Shown: in pieces, positions 10,541 to 20,726 of the stretch
How positions within the stretch are numbered: position 1 is the stretch's first letter
Layout of the letters: every line of letters starts with the position of its first letter
Source: Planctomycetota bacterium
GTDB taxonomy: Bacteria; Planctomycetota; GCA-002687715; CAIWVZ01
Reading direction: 5' to 3'
NCBI GenBank assembly: GCA_044222185.1
Contig: JBGANV010000003.1
Location: forward strand, 32,001 to 96,000
DNA length: 64,000 nucleotides
Notes under the pieces: model-generated
Databases searched by the model: none
Seen by the model: the letters and a program-made list of their open reading frames with translations, nothing else
Told to the model about the DNA's origin: nothing
Position numbers and translations under genes: made by a program

Positions 10541-11611
10541 ATGCGCGAAACCGCCATCGTCCTCACCGACGGCCTCTATTCGACGTCATCCGCAAAGACC
10601 GCGCACGGCCTGATCCGCGGGCCAAGCCGCTTCGAGATCCTGGGGCTCGTGGACGAGCCGACCGCCGGGCGGGATGCGGGCGAGGCGTTGGACGGCATCC
10701 GACGTCAGATCCCCACCTTCGCGAGCGTTGATGCGGCGCGCGCCGCCGTCGGGCGTCCCGTGCAGTGGTGCATCGTCGGGGTCGCCACGTCCGGAGGCGT
10801 CCTGCCCGACGGCCTCCGCGCCACCTTGCTGCGTTCACTCGAACAGGGACTGGGCGTCGTGAACGGGCTTCACGAGATCCTCTCGGAGGATGGCCAGTTC
10901 CAGGAGGCCGCCAATCGGGGCGGCGCGCGCATCATCGACGTTCGTCGGCCCAAGCGCCGCGCGGAGCTCCACTTCTGGACCGGGGCGATCGCCGAGGTCC
11001 GCGCGCCGCGCATCGCCGTGCTCGGAACCGATTGCGCGCTCGGCAAGCGCACGACCTGCCAGGCGATCGCGACCGCACTTCGGTCGCGCGGCCTTCGGGC
11101 CGAGATGATCTACACCGGCCAGACCGGTTGGCTTCAAGGCTCCGCGTTCGGCTTCGTACTCGACGCCACACCCAACGACTTCGTCTCCGGTGAGCTGGAG
11201 CATGCGATCGTCTCCTGTGATCGCGAAGCGCGACCCGACGTGATCCTGCTCGAGGGGCAATCCGCGCTCCGCAACCCGTCGGGTCCGTGCGGCGCCGAGC
11301 TGATGCTGTCGGGCGGCGCTCGCGCCGTCATCCTGCAACACGCGCCGGCCCGGCGCTTCTTCGACGACCAGGAGCACCTGGGCAACGAGATCCCACCGGT
11401 CGCCTCCGAGGTCGCGCTCATCGCCATGTACGGACGTGAGGTGCTGGGAATCACGCTGAACCACGAGCACCTGCCGGAGGCCGAGCGCGCGGCGGCGCGT
11501 GCACGGATCGCGGACGAGACCAGGCTGCCGGTCGCCTACCCGCTTTCGGGTGGCGTCGACGCTCTGATCCCGACCATCGAGCGCTACATCGACCGCGAGA
11601 GAGCGCGGTGA
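10541..11611 (+). CDS. DUF1611 family protein (DgcN-like, P-loop domain)
   Basis: AKTAHGLIR, NGLH, GTDCALGKRTT, TGQTG, DFVSG, EGQS are DUF1611 signatures; directly upstream of a dipeptide epimerase. Confidence 0.9.
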   Translation: MRETAIVLTDGLYSTSSAKTAHGLIRGPSRFEILGLVDEPTAGRDAGEALDGIRRQIPTFASVDAARAAVGRPVQWCIVGVATSGGVLPDGLRATLLRSLEQGLGVVNGLHEILSEDGQFQEAANRGGARIIDVRRPKRRAELHFWTGAIAEVRAPRIAVLGTDCALGKRTTCQAIATALRSRGLRAEMIYTGQTGWLQGSAFGFVLDATPNDFVSGELEHAIVSCDREARPDVILLEGQSALRNPSGPCGAELMLSGGARAVILQHAPARRFFDDQEHLGNEIPPVASEVALIAMYGREVLGITLNHEHLPEAERAAARARIADETRLPVAYPLSGGVDALIPTIERYIDRERAR

Positions 11612-12672
11612 GGATCGCCGGCATCCGTACACGCACGGTGCGCGTTCCGCTGACGCGGCCGTATTCGATCGCGGGTGGCAGCTGGGATCAGGCCGAATTC
11701 GTCGTCGTCGAGATCGAGGCGAGCAACGGCATGGTGGGTTTCGGCCACGCGTCCCCCGCGGTCGAGGTGACCGGCGAGGATCTCGCGGCTTGCGAACACG
11801 CCCTGGATCCACGGAAGCTGGCCTGGGTCACCGAGCTCGACGCTCGCGATCCGCGCGGCGCCGCCGCGATCATCGAACGCCGGATTCCCGGGCCCGCCGC
11901 ACGCGCCGCCATCGACGGCGCGCTCTTCGATCTCGACGGGCGGATCGCCGGCGTCCCCGTCGTCGCGCGGCTCGGCCGGGTCCACGACACCTTCCCGACG
12001 TCGATCACGATCGGTGTGAAGGACACGGCCGCCACGGTCGCCGAGGCGTCCGAGTACCTCACCCGGGGATTCCGCGCGCTGAAGGTGAAGACGGGCGTGG
12101 ACGTCGACGACGACATCCGACGATTGACGGAACTGCGACGGACGTTCGGGCCGCACTTCCTCCTGCGAGTCGACGCCAACCAGGGCTGGGGGCCGAGCGC
12201 CATGGAGACGTTCCTGCCCCACATGGACCCGTTGGCCGTGGAGATCCTCGAGCAACCGTGCGCGCCCGCTGACGACGATCGGCTGCGCGCGCTGCCAGCC
12301 TCGATCAGGAGGCGAATCATCGCGGACGAAAGCGTCCACGACATCCGAGACCTCGAACGCCTCGCGGGACCCCATTCCCCGTTCGGCGGCATCAACGTCA
12401 AGCTCATGAAATGCGGCGGGATCGCTCCAGCGCTCCGCCTCGCAAAGAAGGCCGGCGACTTGGGCCTGTCCGTCATGTGGGGCTGCATGGACGAGAGCGT
12501 CGCGGGCATCGCCGCCGCGCTTCACGCCGCCTTGGCATCACCCGCCACGCGATACCTGGACCTCGACGGCAGCCTCGATCTCGGCGAGGATCCGTTCATC
12601 GGGGGATTCGACCTCCGCGACGGATGCCTCCATCCGCTCGCAACACCCGGGTTGGGAATTCGACCGTCATGA
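11608..12672 (+). CDS. Dipeptide epimerase / N-acyl amino acid racemase (enolase superfamily, L-Ala-D/L-Glu epimerase or DgcA-like)
   Basis: KVK, RVDANQG, EQP, ADES, NVKLMKCGG, GCMDES, DLDG; GTGA overlap with the upstream gene. Confidence 0.9.
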   Translation: MRIAGIRTRTVRVPLTRPYSIAGGSWDQAEFVVVEIEASNGMVGFGHASPAVEVTGEDLAACEHALDPRKLAWVTELDARDPRGAAAIIERRIPGPAARAAIDGALFDLDGRIAGVPVVARLGRVHDTFPTSITIGVKDTAATVAEASEYLTRGFRALKVKTGVDVDDDIRRLTELRRTFGPHFLLRVDANQGWGPSAMETFLPHMDPLAVEILEQPCAPADDDRLRALPASIRRRIIADESVHDIRDLERLAGPHSPFGGINVKLMKCGGIAPALRLAKKAGDLGLSVMWGCMDESVAGIAAALHAALASPATRYLDLDGSLDLGEDPFIGGFDLRDGCLHPLATPGLGIRPS

Positions 12673-14342
12673 CCAACGAGCCCATCGACCGCCGCCGGTT
12701 CCTCGCACACGGTGCCATCGCCACTGCCGCCCTGGCCGGACTGGGAATCTCCGCCTGTGCAGGCCGGAGCACGTCGGGCGACCTCGACGTGGTCGTTCGT
12801 GGCGGAACGGTTTTCGACGGCGGCGGCAAGCCGGGATTCGAAGCCGACGTCGGGATCCGCGACGGGCGCGTCACGGAACTGGGAGCGATCGATCGGTCCC
12901 GCGGTCGCCGCGTGATCGAGGCACGGGGCTCGTGCGTCGCCCCGGGATTCATCGACATCCACACGCACAGCGACAACTCGATCTTCGAGTGGCCGACTGC
13001 CGACAGCCGGATCCGCCAGGGGTGCACGACGGAGGTCACCGGCAACTGCGGAGGCTCGGCGGCGCCACGCGATCCGGCGCACGCGGACGACGACGACGAG
13101 GACTCGATCCACGTCCACTGGACGGACATGAAGTCCTACGTGGAGGCTTGGAAGGCCAACGCCCCCGCACTCAACCAGGCGATGCTGATCGGTCACGGAA
13201 CGCTGCGTCGCGCGGTGATCGGCGAGGTCGATCGCCGAGCAACCGCCGCCGAACTGGCGGAGATGACCCGCCGCCTCGAAGCCGCGCTCGAAGCGGGGGC
13301 GCTGGGCCTTTCCACGGGGCTGGAATACGTCCCCGGGATCTACGCGCCGCCCGAGGAAATCGAGACGCTGGCACGCGTGGTCGCGCGGCGGGGCGGTCTC
13401 TACGCCACCCACATGCGCAGCGAAGAGGAGAAGCTGATCGAGGCCATCGACGAAGCACTCGCCGTGTCTCGCAGCACCGGAGTACGCCTCCAGATCTCCC
13501 ACCTGAAGGCGTGCGGTCGCGGAAACTGGAAGCTGCAGGACGCGGCCATCCGCCGCATCGAGAAGGCGCGCAGCACGGGCCTGGACGTGATGGCAGATGC
13601 CTACCCCTACACGGCCTACTCGACCACGCTCACGATTCTCCTCGAGAACTGGTCCCGAGAAGGCGGCGGCGCGGCCGTCGTCCGCCGGCTCCAGGATCCG
13701 GCGACGCGCGCGCGCATGAAGAGCGAGCTGGCGCCGCACGTGGAGCGCGATCCCGGAGCGTTCGACCTCATCGTCATCAGCTCGGCCGACGGACCGGGCC
13801 TCGAGCCCTGCATCGGCAAGAGCCTCGTCCAGATCGCCGAGATGTGGAACGTGGATCCGGCCGAGGCGACACTCCGCCTTCTGGAGGCGGCCAAGGCCGA
13901 CGTGGGCTACGTCGGACACGGCATGAGCGAGGAAAACGTCGAACGGGTACTCGCGCTCCCGTGGGTGATGATCTCGTCGGACGGTCGGAGCATGGCGCCG
14001 ACGGGGAGTGCCATCGGCAAGCGACCCCACCCGCGGTCCTACGGGACGTTCCCGCGCGTGCTCGGGCACTATTGCCGCGACCGCAGGCTGTTCGACCTTC
14101 CGACCGCCGTCCGCAAGATGACGGGGATGCCCGCCGAACGCGCGCGGCTGAGCGGCCGCGGCTCCATCGCCGTTGGCGCCGCCGCCGACCTGGTGGTGTT
14201 CGATGGGTCCACCATCGCCGACGGAGCCACTTTCGAGGACCCGCAGTCCTACCCGATCGGGCTCACGCACGTGCTCGTGAACGGCCTCGTCGTGGTCGAC
14301 GGGGGACGGCCGACGGGGGCGCGGCCGGGGCAGTGGCTGTAG
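12669..14342 (+). CDS. N-acyl-D-amino-acid deacylase (D-aminoacylase, amidohydrolase_3) with Tat signal
   Basis: Start at ATG 12669 (ATGA overlap); twin-arginine DRRRFL followed by ISAC, a possible Tat lipoprotein. Motifs PGFIDIHTHSD, GNCG, HMRSE, SHLK, SDG, HPRSYGTFPR. Confidence 0.9.
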   Translation: MTNEPIDRRRFLAHGAIATAALAGLGISACAGRSTSGDLDVVVRGGTVFDGGGKPGFEADVGIRDGRVTELGAIDRSRGRRVIEARGSCVAPGFIDIHTHSDNSIFEWPTADSRIRQGCTTEVTGNCGGSAAPRDPAHADDDDEDSIHVHWTDMKSYVEAWKANAPALNQAMLIGHGTLRRAVIGEVDRRATAAELAEMTRRLEAALEAGALGLSTGLEYVPGIYAPPEEIETLARVVARRGGLYATHMRSEEEKLIEAIDEALAVSRSTGVRLQISHLKACGRGNWKLQDAAIRRIEKARSTGLDVMADAYPYTAYSTTLTILLENWSREGGGAAVVRRLQDPATRARMKSELAPHVERDPGAFDLIVISSADGPGLEPCIGKSLVQIAEMWNVDPAEATLRLLEAAKADVGYVGHGMSEENVERVLALPWVMISSDGRSMAPTGSAIGKRPHPRSYGTFPRVLGHYCRDRRLFDLPTAVRKMTGMPAERARLSGRGSIAVGAAADLVVFDGSTIADGATFEDPQSYPIGLTHVLVNGLVVVDGGRPTGARPGQWL

Positions 14343-14516
14343 GCACGCGAGGGGCGTTTCGCCCCCGTTCCGTCCGGCGCGGCACCAAACCCCCGCTGGG
14401 GTGGCCCGGAAGCCGCGTTTCCGTGTGGCCGCCCCGCGACAAAGGGCTTCTCGTACCGTAGGCTCTGTCCCGGCGCGGCCACTTCGGCCACGCCTTACCC
14501 AAGCAAGGAAGTGACC

Positions 14517-15659
14517 ATGCGAAAATCGCTGATCGCGGCCGCGCTGCTGGTGTTCGCGATCCCGATCCCCGCTCAAGAGCAGGGAGGGAAGGCAGCACCG
14601 CAGACGCCGGCGGCCTATCGAGAGCTGGTCGCCGAGTTCGCCGCATCCGATGCCAAAGCCAAGGCAGCGATGAAGGCCCTCACGGCGTCAGACGAGTACA
14701 AGAAGGCCGTGGCCGACAAGGACACGGACGGTCTGAAGAAGCTCCGTGCCACGGTGCCCACCGTCGATCGCGCCGGGCTCGCGCAACGCGCGTTGAAGCT
14801 CGCGGGCGAGTCGAAGGGCGATGACGCCGCGCGGTACTACGCGTGGGTGATCTCCATCTCGGCACCCAAGGACTCCCTCAACACGGCGTTGGATGCGCTC
14901 ATCAAGGACCACGTCAAGTCTCCCGTCATGCTCGAGGTGCTGGAGGCTCCGTCGTTCACGAGTGCCATGTTGACGTCGGACGCGTCGAAGGCCGGCGAAC
15001 GTCTCGCCGCCATCGAGGCCGGGTCTGAGCTGCCGCTCGCGAAGGCCTATGCGATCTACTACGACGCCATGCGGTTGACGCGCGGCAAGGACGTGAGCGA
15101 GGAGAACAAGAAGAAGTCCGCGGAACTGATGACGAAGGCCGAGAAGCTCGCCGCCGGTACGGCGCTGGCTGATCAGATCGCCGCTCCCCGCTTCGAGAAG
15201 GAGCATCTCCAGATCGGCATGGCCGCGCCTGACATCGAGGGCGAAGACCTGGAAGGCGTCAAGTTCAAGCTCTCCGACTACAAGGGCAAGGTCGTCGTCG
15301 TCGACTTCTGGGGGAACTGGTGACCGCCCTGCCGGGCCATGTACCCACACGAGCGGTCGCTCGTGGCAAGACTGAAAGACAAGCCGTTCGCTCTCATCGG
15401 CGTGAACAGTGATGCGGACAAGGTCGAGCTCAAACCTCACCTCGTCGAAGAGAAGATCACCTGGCGATCGTTCTGGAACGGACCCAAGGGGACCTCAGGA
15501 CCCATCTCCGGGAAATGGAACGTCCGTAGCTGGCCGACGATCTACGTCCTCGACCACAAGGGCGTGATCCGCTTCAAGAACGTCCGAGGCGAAGAAATGG
15601 ACAAGGCCGTCGACCAACTCCTCGAGGAGATGGCGAAGGACACGGGCGCGAAGAAGTAG
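14517..15659 (+). CDS. Exported TlpA/ResA-like thioredoxin-fold protein with UxxC active site (probable selenoprotein; TGA 15321-15323 = Sec)
   Basis: ORFs 14511-15323 and 15339-15659 are in one frame. Reading through gives GKVVVVDFWGNW-U-PPCRAMYPHERSL...WNVRSWPTIYVLD, a complete TlpA domain. N-terminal signal peptide; SECIS-like hairpin downstream of the TGA. Confidence 0.85.
15348..15365 (+). promoter_or_regulatory. Bacterial SECIS-like stem-loop
   Basis: CACGAGC-GGTC-GCTCGTG: perfect 7-bp stem with a GGUC apical loop starting 31 nt after the in-frame UGA. Confidence 0.75.
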
Positions 15660-15839
15660 CGTCCCGAACCCGCGCGGCCCGTGCCTCCGGCCGTCGCCAG
15701 CATGGCGAGGCCTGCACGGCGCCGCGCGGTCTCGCGCGCACCGTCGCGCCGCCGCGTCGCACTCTCAGCGACGCCGAATCCGCCCTGTGGGGTGTTGAGA
15801 CCCGATGAGCACGGGGCCAGACTCGCCTGGAGGTGCCCC

Positions 15840-17489
15840 ATGCGCATCCCAAGCCTTCGCATCGCGCTCGCGTGCGCGTTCGTCGTCGGTCTCGCAGGCG
15901 GCCAGGCGCTCCCGCCGGTCCCCATCCCCGGGGAGAACCCCCTCACTCCACAGAAGGCGATCCTCGGGAAGATCCTGTTCTGGGACGAGCAGCTCTCCGC
16001 GGAGAACACCACGGCCTGCGGCACCTGCCACATGCCGGAGGTCGGAGGGGGCGACCCGCGCGCGTTCACTCCGCGCAACCTGCATCCCGGGCATGACGGA
16101 ATCCTCGGAACAGCCGATGACGTTCGCGGCTCACGCGGCATCACGCCATGCGATGCGGTGGGTGCGTTCACGAACGACGGCATGTTCTACCCCGAGCCGT
16201 TCGTCACGAATCGCAAGGCCCCCGGGGTCATCGGTGCCCAGTGGGAGATGGAGCTGTTCTGGGACGGGCGCGCGAAGACGACCTTCCGCGACCCGGTGAC
16301 GCAGCAGGTGCTGATCCTGATGGGGGGCGCCTTGGAGAACCAGGCGCTCCAGCCGCCCGTCACCCGTGAGATGGGGTGCGACGGCGCATCGATCGTCGCC
16401 GTGGCGGCGAGGCTGGCGCAAGTCAGGCCGCTTCGTCTCGCCGTGAATCTGACGCCGGACATCCAGTCGGCACTCACCCAGCACCCCACGTACACCGAGC
16501 TGTTCGCCGCCGCGTTCGGCGATCCCGCCGTGACGCCGGCGCACATTGCCATGGCGATCGCCAGCTACGAGCGCACGCTCGTTCCCGACCAGACGCCCTG
16601 GGACCTGTGGCACGCGGGGAACGCAGCCGCCCTAACGCCCCAGCAACTCCACGGGCTTCAGCTGTTCAACACGACCTCGAGCTGCGGCACGTGCCACCCC
16701 TCCCCCCGTTTCACGGATTCGTGGTTCCACAACACGGGCCTGCGTCCGCCGGCGGAGGACATGGGCCTCGCCGCCATCACGGGCACGTGGGCCGATCGCG
16801 GGAAGTTCCGCACGCCCACGCTCCGCAACGCCGGGCTTCGCGCACCGTTCTTCCACACGGGATCGCTCGCGACGCTTGCGGACGTCATCGAGTTCTACCG
16901 GCGCGGCGGCGACTTCTCCGAGAATCGGGACGCCCTCATGTTTGCGCTTCCCCTCACGCCGTCCGACGCGGCCGACCTTCTGGAGTTCGTGCAGGTCGGG
17001 CTCACGGATCCGCGCGTGGCGCAGCGACTGCCGCCGTTCGATCGCCCGACGCTTCGCTCCGAGCTCGGACAGAACCCGGAGTTCCTGGGAGCGGGTTCGA
17101 CCGGCAGCGGCGGGCTCACTCCGCGCATGCTCGCATCGATCCCCCCTGCGATCGGAAGTCCGCGCTTCGGCTTCGGACTCGCCCACGCCGTCGGCGGAAC
17201 GACGGCCCTGCTCGGCGTGTCGTCCCGCGCGGCGCCGCCCGGAACGACGATCCTCGGCGCGCCCGTCTACCTGGACCTCGACCCGCAGGCGTCGATCCTG
17301 ATCCCGTTGGCGACCGGCGGCCAACCCGGCGCCGCGGGAGCCGGCCGGGGCTCCGTGATGGTCACGATCGCCGAGACCCCCGCGCTCTCAGGGCTGTCGC
17401 TTTTCGCCCAATGGGCCGTCCTCGACCCGTGGGCAGGAGCCGGACTCGCCGTGTCGTCCGGGGTCCGATTCACGTTCTTCGCGCCCTGA
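15840..17489 (+). CDS. Di-heme cytochrome c peroxidase (CCP/MauG family) with extra C-terminal domain
   Basis: Signal peptide; ENPLTPQKAILGKILFWD, two CxxCH motifs (both CGTCH), LFWDGRA, KFRTPTLRN, PFFHTG; GGAGG RBS before ATG 15840. Confidence 0.9.
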   Translation: MRIPSLRIALACAFVVGLAGGQALPPVPIPGENPLTPQKAILGKILFWDEQLSAENTTACGTCHMPEVGGGDPRAFTPRNLHPGHDGILGTADDVRGSRGITPCDAVGAFTNDGMFYPEPFVTNRKAPGVIGAQWEMELFWDGRAKTTFRDPVTQQVLILMGGALENQALQPPVTREMGCDGASIVAVAARLAQVRPLRLAVNLTPDIQSALTQHPTYTELFAAAFGDPAVTPAHIAMAIASYERTLVPDQTPWDLWHAGNAAALTPQQLHGLQLFNTTSSCGTCHPSPRFTDSWFHNTGLRPPAEDMGLAAITGTWADRGKFRTPTLRNAGLRAPFFHTGSLATLADVIEFYRRGGDFSENRDALMFALPLTPSDAADLLEFVQVGLTDPRVAQRLPPFDRPTLRSELGQNPEFLGAGSTGSGGLTPRMLASIPPAIGSPRFGFGLAHAVGGTTALLGVSSRAAPPGTTILGAPVYLDLDPQASILIPLATGGQPGAAGAGRGSVMVTIAETPALSGLSLFAQWAVLDPWAGAGLAVSSGVRFTFFAP

Positions 17490-17612
17490 CGTGTTGGCGC
17501 GAGGTCGGCGCGAGGCCACGATCCTGACCTCGGGGTCCTCGCCCGCCGAGCACTGGTGACGCGTGCGGCGCGGCGGTGTCGGCGCTGCGCCGCCCGCCAT
17601 CGGTTCGTGCCG

Positions 17613-20600
17613 TCACGCGGTGGGCTGGCGCCGGCGGAAGAGGCGCCCGAACACGCGCGCGAGATCGTCCAGGAGCGTGTAGACCACCGGCACCACGATC
17701 AACGTGAGCAGCGTGGAGGAAACCAGCCCGCCCACGATGGCGACGGCCATGGGCTGGCGGGATTCCGAGCCCTCGCCCGTGCTCATCGCCACGGGCAGCA
17801 TGCCGGCGATCATGGCGACCGTGGTCATGAGGATCGGGCGCAGACGCACCGGCCCAGCCGCGAGCAACGCCGACCGGGCATCCCGTCCGTCCTTGCGCCG
17901 CAGGACGTTCGCGAAGTCGATGAGGAGGATGGCGTTCTTCGTCACGAGTCCCATGAGGAAGATGAGTCCCATGGAGACGTAGATGCTCACCGTCATCTTG
18001 AAGATCACGAGCGATGCCAGAGCTCCGACGAAGGCCAGCGGTAGCGTCAGCATGATCGTGAACGGGTGCACGAATGATTCGAACTGTGATGCGAGCACCA
18101 TGTAGATGACGATGACGGCGAGGATCAGCGTGATCTTCATGTTGGCCGTCGTCTCGTTCATGGTGTCGGCAAAGCCGGTCCAACCGGTCGTGTAGCCGGG
18201 GGCCAGCCCCAGTTCCTTCGTGAACGCCTCGATCTCCGTCGTGGCTTCGCCGAGGACCTTCCCGTTCAGGTTCGACAAGACCGTGATCTGCCGCTGCCGG
18301 TTGTAGCGGGCAATTTCCACGGGAGCCCCGATGGTGTCGACGCTCGCGACGTTGCGCAGCTCGGCGAGGCCTCCGCGACGGGCGCGCACCTTCAACGCGC
18401 CGATCAGGTCCACGCGATCCCGCGCACCCTCGAGCAGACGCACGGCGACGTCGTACCGATCGCCGTCGGCCTTGAACGTCGCCACGTCCAGTCCACCGAT
18501 GCCGATGCGCAGCGTCCGCCCGACGTCCGCCGGCGACACGCCGATCTCGGCGGCACGCTCGCGCGCCACGTGGACGTCGGCCTCGGGCTTGCCCGTCTCG
18601 AACGTCGTGTCCAGGTCGACGTAGCCGCCAGCCTTCCGCATGCGGTCCATCAGCCCCTTCGCCACGCGATCGAGCTCCGTGAAGCTCTGGCCCCGGAGTT
18701 CATACTGCACCTGGGCCCATCGGCGCCCGCCGCCGGAGACCCGCGGCACGATCTGCACGGAAACGACCGCGTCCTTGACGTCCGCGAGAAGTCCGCGAAC
18801 GGTCTGCATCACCTCTTCCTGAGTGCGCGCGCGCTGCGCCTTGGGGAGGAGCTTCACGTAGAGCGAGCCCTCGTTCGACCGTGCGAGTTCGTCGGCTCCG
18901 ACGGCATAGAAAGAGTAGACGCGCTCGGGCAGATCCTTGATCCGCGCGGAGATCGAGTCGAGGATCCGCGACGTCTCGCTGACCGAGGCACCCAGCGGCG
19001 CGCGCACCTTGACGTTGAATTCGCTCTGATCCTCCACGGGGATGAATTCGAAGCGCAGCTTCCCGCCGAGCGACCCGATGGACGCGAAGGCCAGGATCGC
19101 GAGCAGCACGACGGCCCAGCGGAAGCGCAATGCCGCCCGCAACGTGCCGCCGTAGAGGTGCTCGAGGCCCGTGAACAGCTTGTCCAGCCCCCGAAAGAGG
19201 ACGTTCATTCGTCCGGGCTTCTTCAGGATGCGCGAGGAGAGCATGGGGTCCAGCGTGAAGGACACGAACATGGACAGGAGCACGGCTGCGGAGACGGTGA
19301 GAGCAAACGACTGGAAGAAGCGTCCGACGAGCCCACCCATGAAGGCGACGGGGACGAACACGGCCACGACGGACAACGTCGTTGCAACGACGGCGAGCCC
19401 GATCTCGTTCGTGGCGAACTCGGCGGCCTCGCGGGCCGGCATGCCCTCCTCCACGTGGCGCATGATGTTCTCCTGGACCACGATGGCGTCGTCGATCAGG
19501 AGCCCGATCGCGAGCGTGAGGCCCAGGAGCGTCATCATGTTCAGCGTGAACCCCAGCGCGGACATCAGCATGAACGTGCCGACGACGGATGCGGGAAGCA
19601 CGAGCGCGCTGATGAACGTGCTGCGGACGTTCAGCAGGAAGAGCAGCACGATCAGCACGGCGTAACCACCGCCGTACACCAGGTGATGTGTGACTTCACC
19701 GACCGCGCGGCGGATGAACGGAGCCTGCTCCTCGGCCATCTCGATGCGGACCCCGCGGGGCGCAAGCTCGACCTTGAGCTTCTCGACCTCGGCCACGACG
19801 GCGTCAGCCACCTCGACCGTGTTCGTTCCCGCCTGGCGGCGCACGGGCAGCGCGATGCAGGGCTTGCCGTCCAGTCGAGCCCGCGAATTCTCCTCCTCCA
19901 AGCCGTCTTCGGCGTGGCCGATGTCGCGGAACTTCACGGCGGCGCCGTTCTTCTCCGAGACGACGAGTTCGTCGAACTCCTCGGCGGACGCAAATTCGGC
20001 GGCGAGCTTGGTGACCACGTCCTTCGCACCGAGCTGGATCTTGCCGCCGGGCATCTCGACGTGCTGGCGTTTCAGGGCATCCACCACGTCGAGCACCGTC
20101 AGTCCGTACTGATCGAGCTTCTTGGGGTCGAGCCAAAGCCAGATCTTGCGGTCGCGAAACCCGATGAGGCGCGCCGACCCGACGTTGCGAATCCGCTGGA
20201 GTCGCTCCTTGACCGTCTTGTCGGCGATCCGCCCGAGCTCGCGGTAGGGCATGTCACCGGCGATGACGACGGAGCAGATCGGCGCCGAGTCGACGTCGAA
20301 CTTCTCGATCACGGGCTCCTCGACGTCGTCGGGCAGGTTCGCGCGGATCGCGGCCACCTTCGCGGTGATCTCCTGGAACGCCACGTCGATGTTCTTGCCG
20401 AGCTCGAACTCGATGACGACCTGCGAGACGGAATCGGCGCTCGTGGAGCGCAGGTGCTTGATTCCGGAGATGGTGTTGACCGCCTCCTCGATCGGATCCG
20501 TGACGGTCGTTTCGATCGTCTCCGGATCGGCGCCGGGGAGCTTCGTCACGATCGTGACGATCGGAAACTCGACGCGTGGAAACAGGTCGACGCCAAGTCG

Positions 20601-20690
20601 CTTGAAGGAAACGGCGCCGAACACCACGAGCGACGCCACGAGCATCGACGTGAACACCGGGCGCGTGATCGCCACACGAGAAAGAAGCAT
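17613..20690 (-). CDS. RND efflux transporter permease (AcrB/AcrD/AcrF family)
   Basis: 1025 aa; RPVF, IGLLIDDAIVV, TKNAILLIDF, RLRPILMTT. Confidence 0.97.
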   Translation of the reverse strand: MLLSRVAITRPVFTSMLVASLVVFGAVSFKRLGVDLFPRVEFPIVTIVTKLPGADPETIETTVTDPIEEAVNTISGIKHLRSTSADSVSQVVIEFELGKNIDVAFQEITAKVAAIRANLPDDVEEPVIEKFDVDSAPICSVVIAGDMPYRELGRIADKTVKERLQRIRNVGSARLIGFRDRKIWLWLDPKKLDQYGLTVLDVVDALKRQHVEMPGGKIQLGAKDVVTKLAAEFASAEEFDELVVSEKNGAAVKFRDIGHAEDGLEEENSRARLDGKPCIALPVRRQAGTNTVEVADAVVAEVEKLKVELAPRGVRIEMAEEQAPFIRRAVGEVTHHLVYGGGYAVLIVLLFLLNVRSTFISALVLPASVVGTFMLMSALGFTLNMMTLLGLTLAIGLLIDDAIVVQENIMRHVEEGMPAREAAEFATNEIGLAVVATTLSVVAVFVPVAFMGGLVGRFFQSFALTVSAAVLLSMFVSFTLDPMLSSRILKKPGRMNVLFRGLDKLFTGLEHLYGGTLRAALRFRWAVVLLAILAFASIGSLGGKLRFEFIPVEDQSEFNVKVRAPLGASVSETSRILDSISARIKDLPERVYSFYAVGADELARSNEGSLYVKLLPKAQRARTQEEVMQTVRGLLADVKDAVVSVQIVPRVSGGGRRWAQVQYELRGQSFTELDRVAKGLMDRMRKAGGYVDLDTTFETGKPEADVHVARERAAEIGVSPADVGRTLRIGIGGLDVATFKADGDRYDVAVRLLEGARDRVDLIGALKVRARRGGLAELRNVASVDTIGAPVEIARYNRQRQITVLSNLNGKVLGEATTEIEAFTKELGLAPGYTTGWTGFADTMNETTANMKITLILAVIVIYMVLASQFESFVHPFTIMLTLPLAFVGALASLVIFKMTVSIYVSMGLIFLMGLVTKNAILLIDFANVLRRKDGRDARSALLAAGPVRLRPILMTTVAMIAGMLPVAMSTGEGSESRQPMAVAIVGGLVSSTLLTLIVVPVVYTLLDDLARVFGRLFRRRQPTA

Positions 20691-20726
20691 GTTGGGTTCT
20701 CTGCGGGTTCGGGCCAGCCGGGACCG

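Noticed and set aside
14511-15659. Two separate genes or a nonsense-mutated pseudogene, as the ORF track implies
   Set aside because: The TGA falls precisely on the catalytic Cys position, is in frame and is followed by a SECIS-like hairpin, so Sec recoding is more parsimonious.
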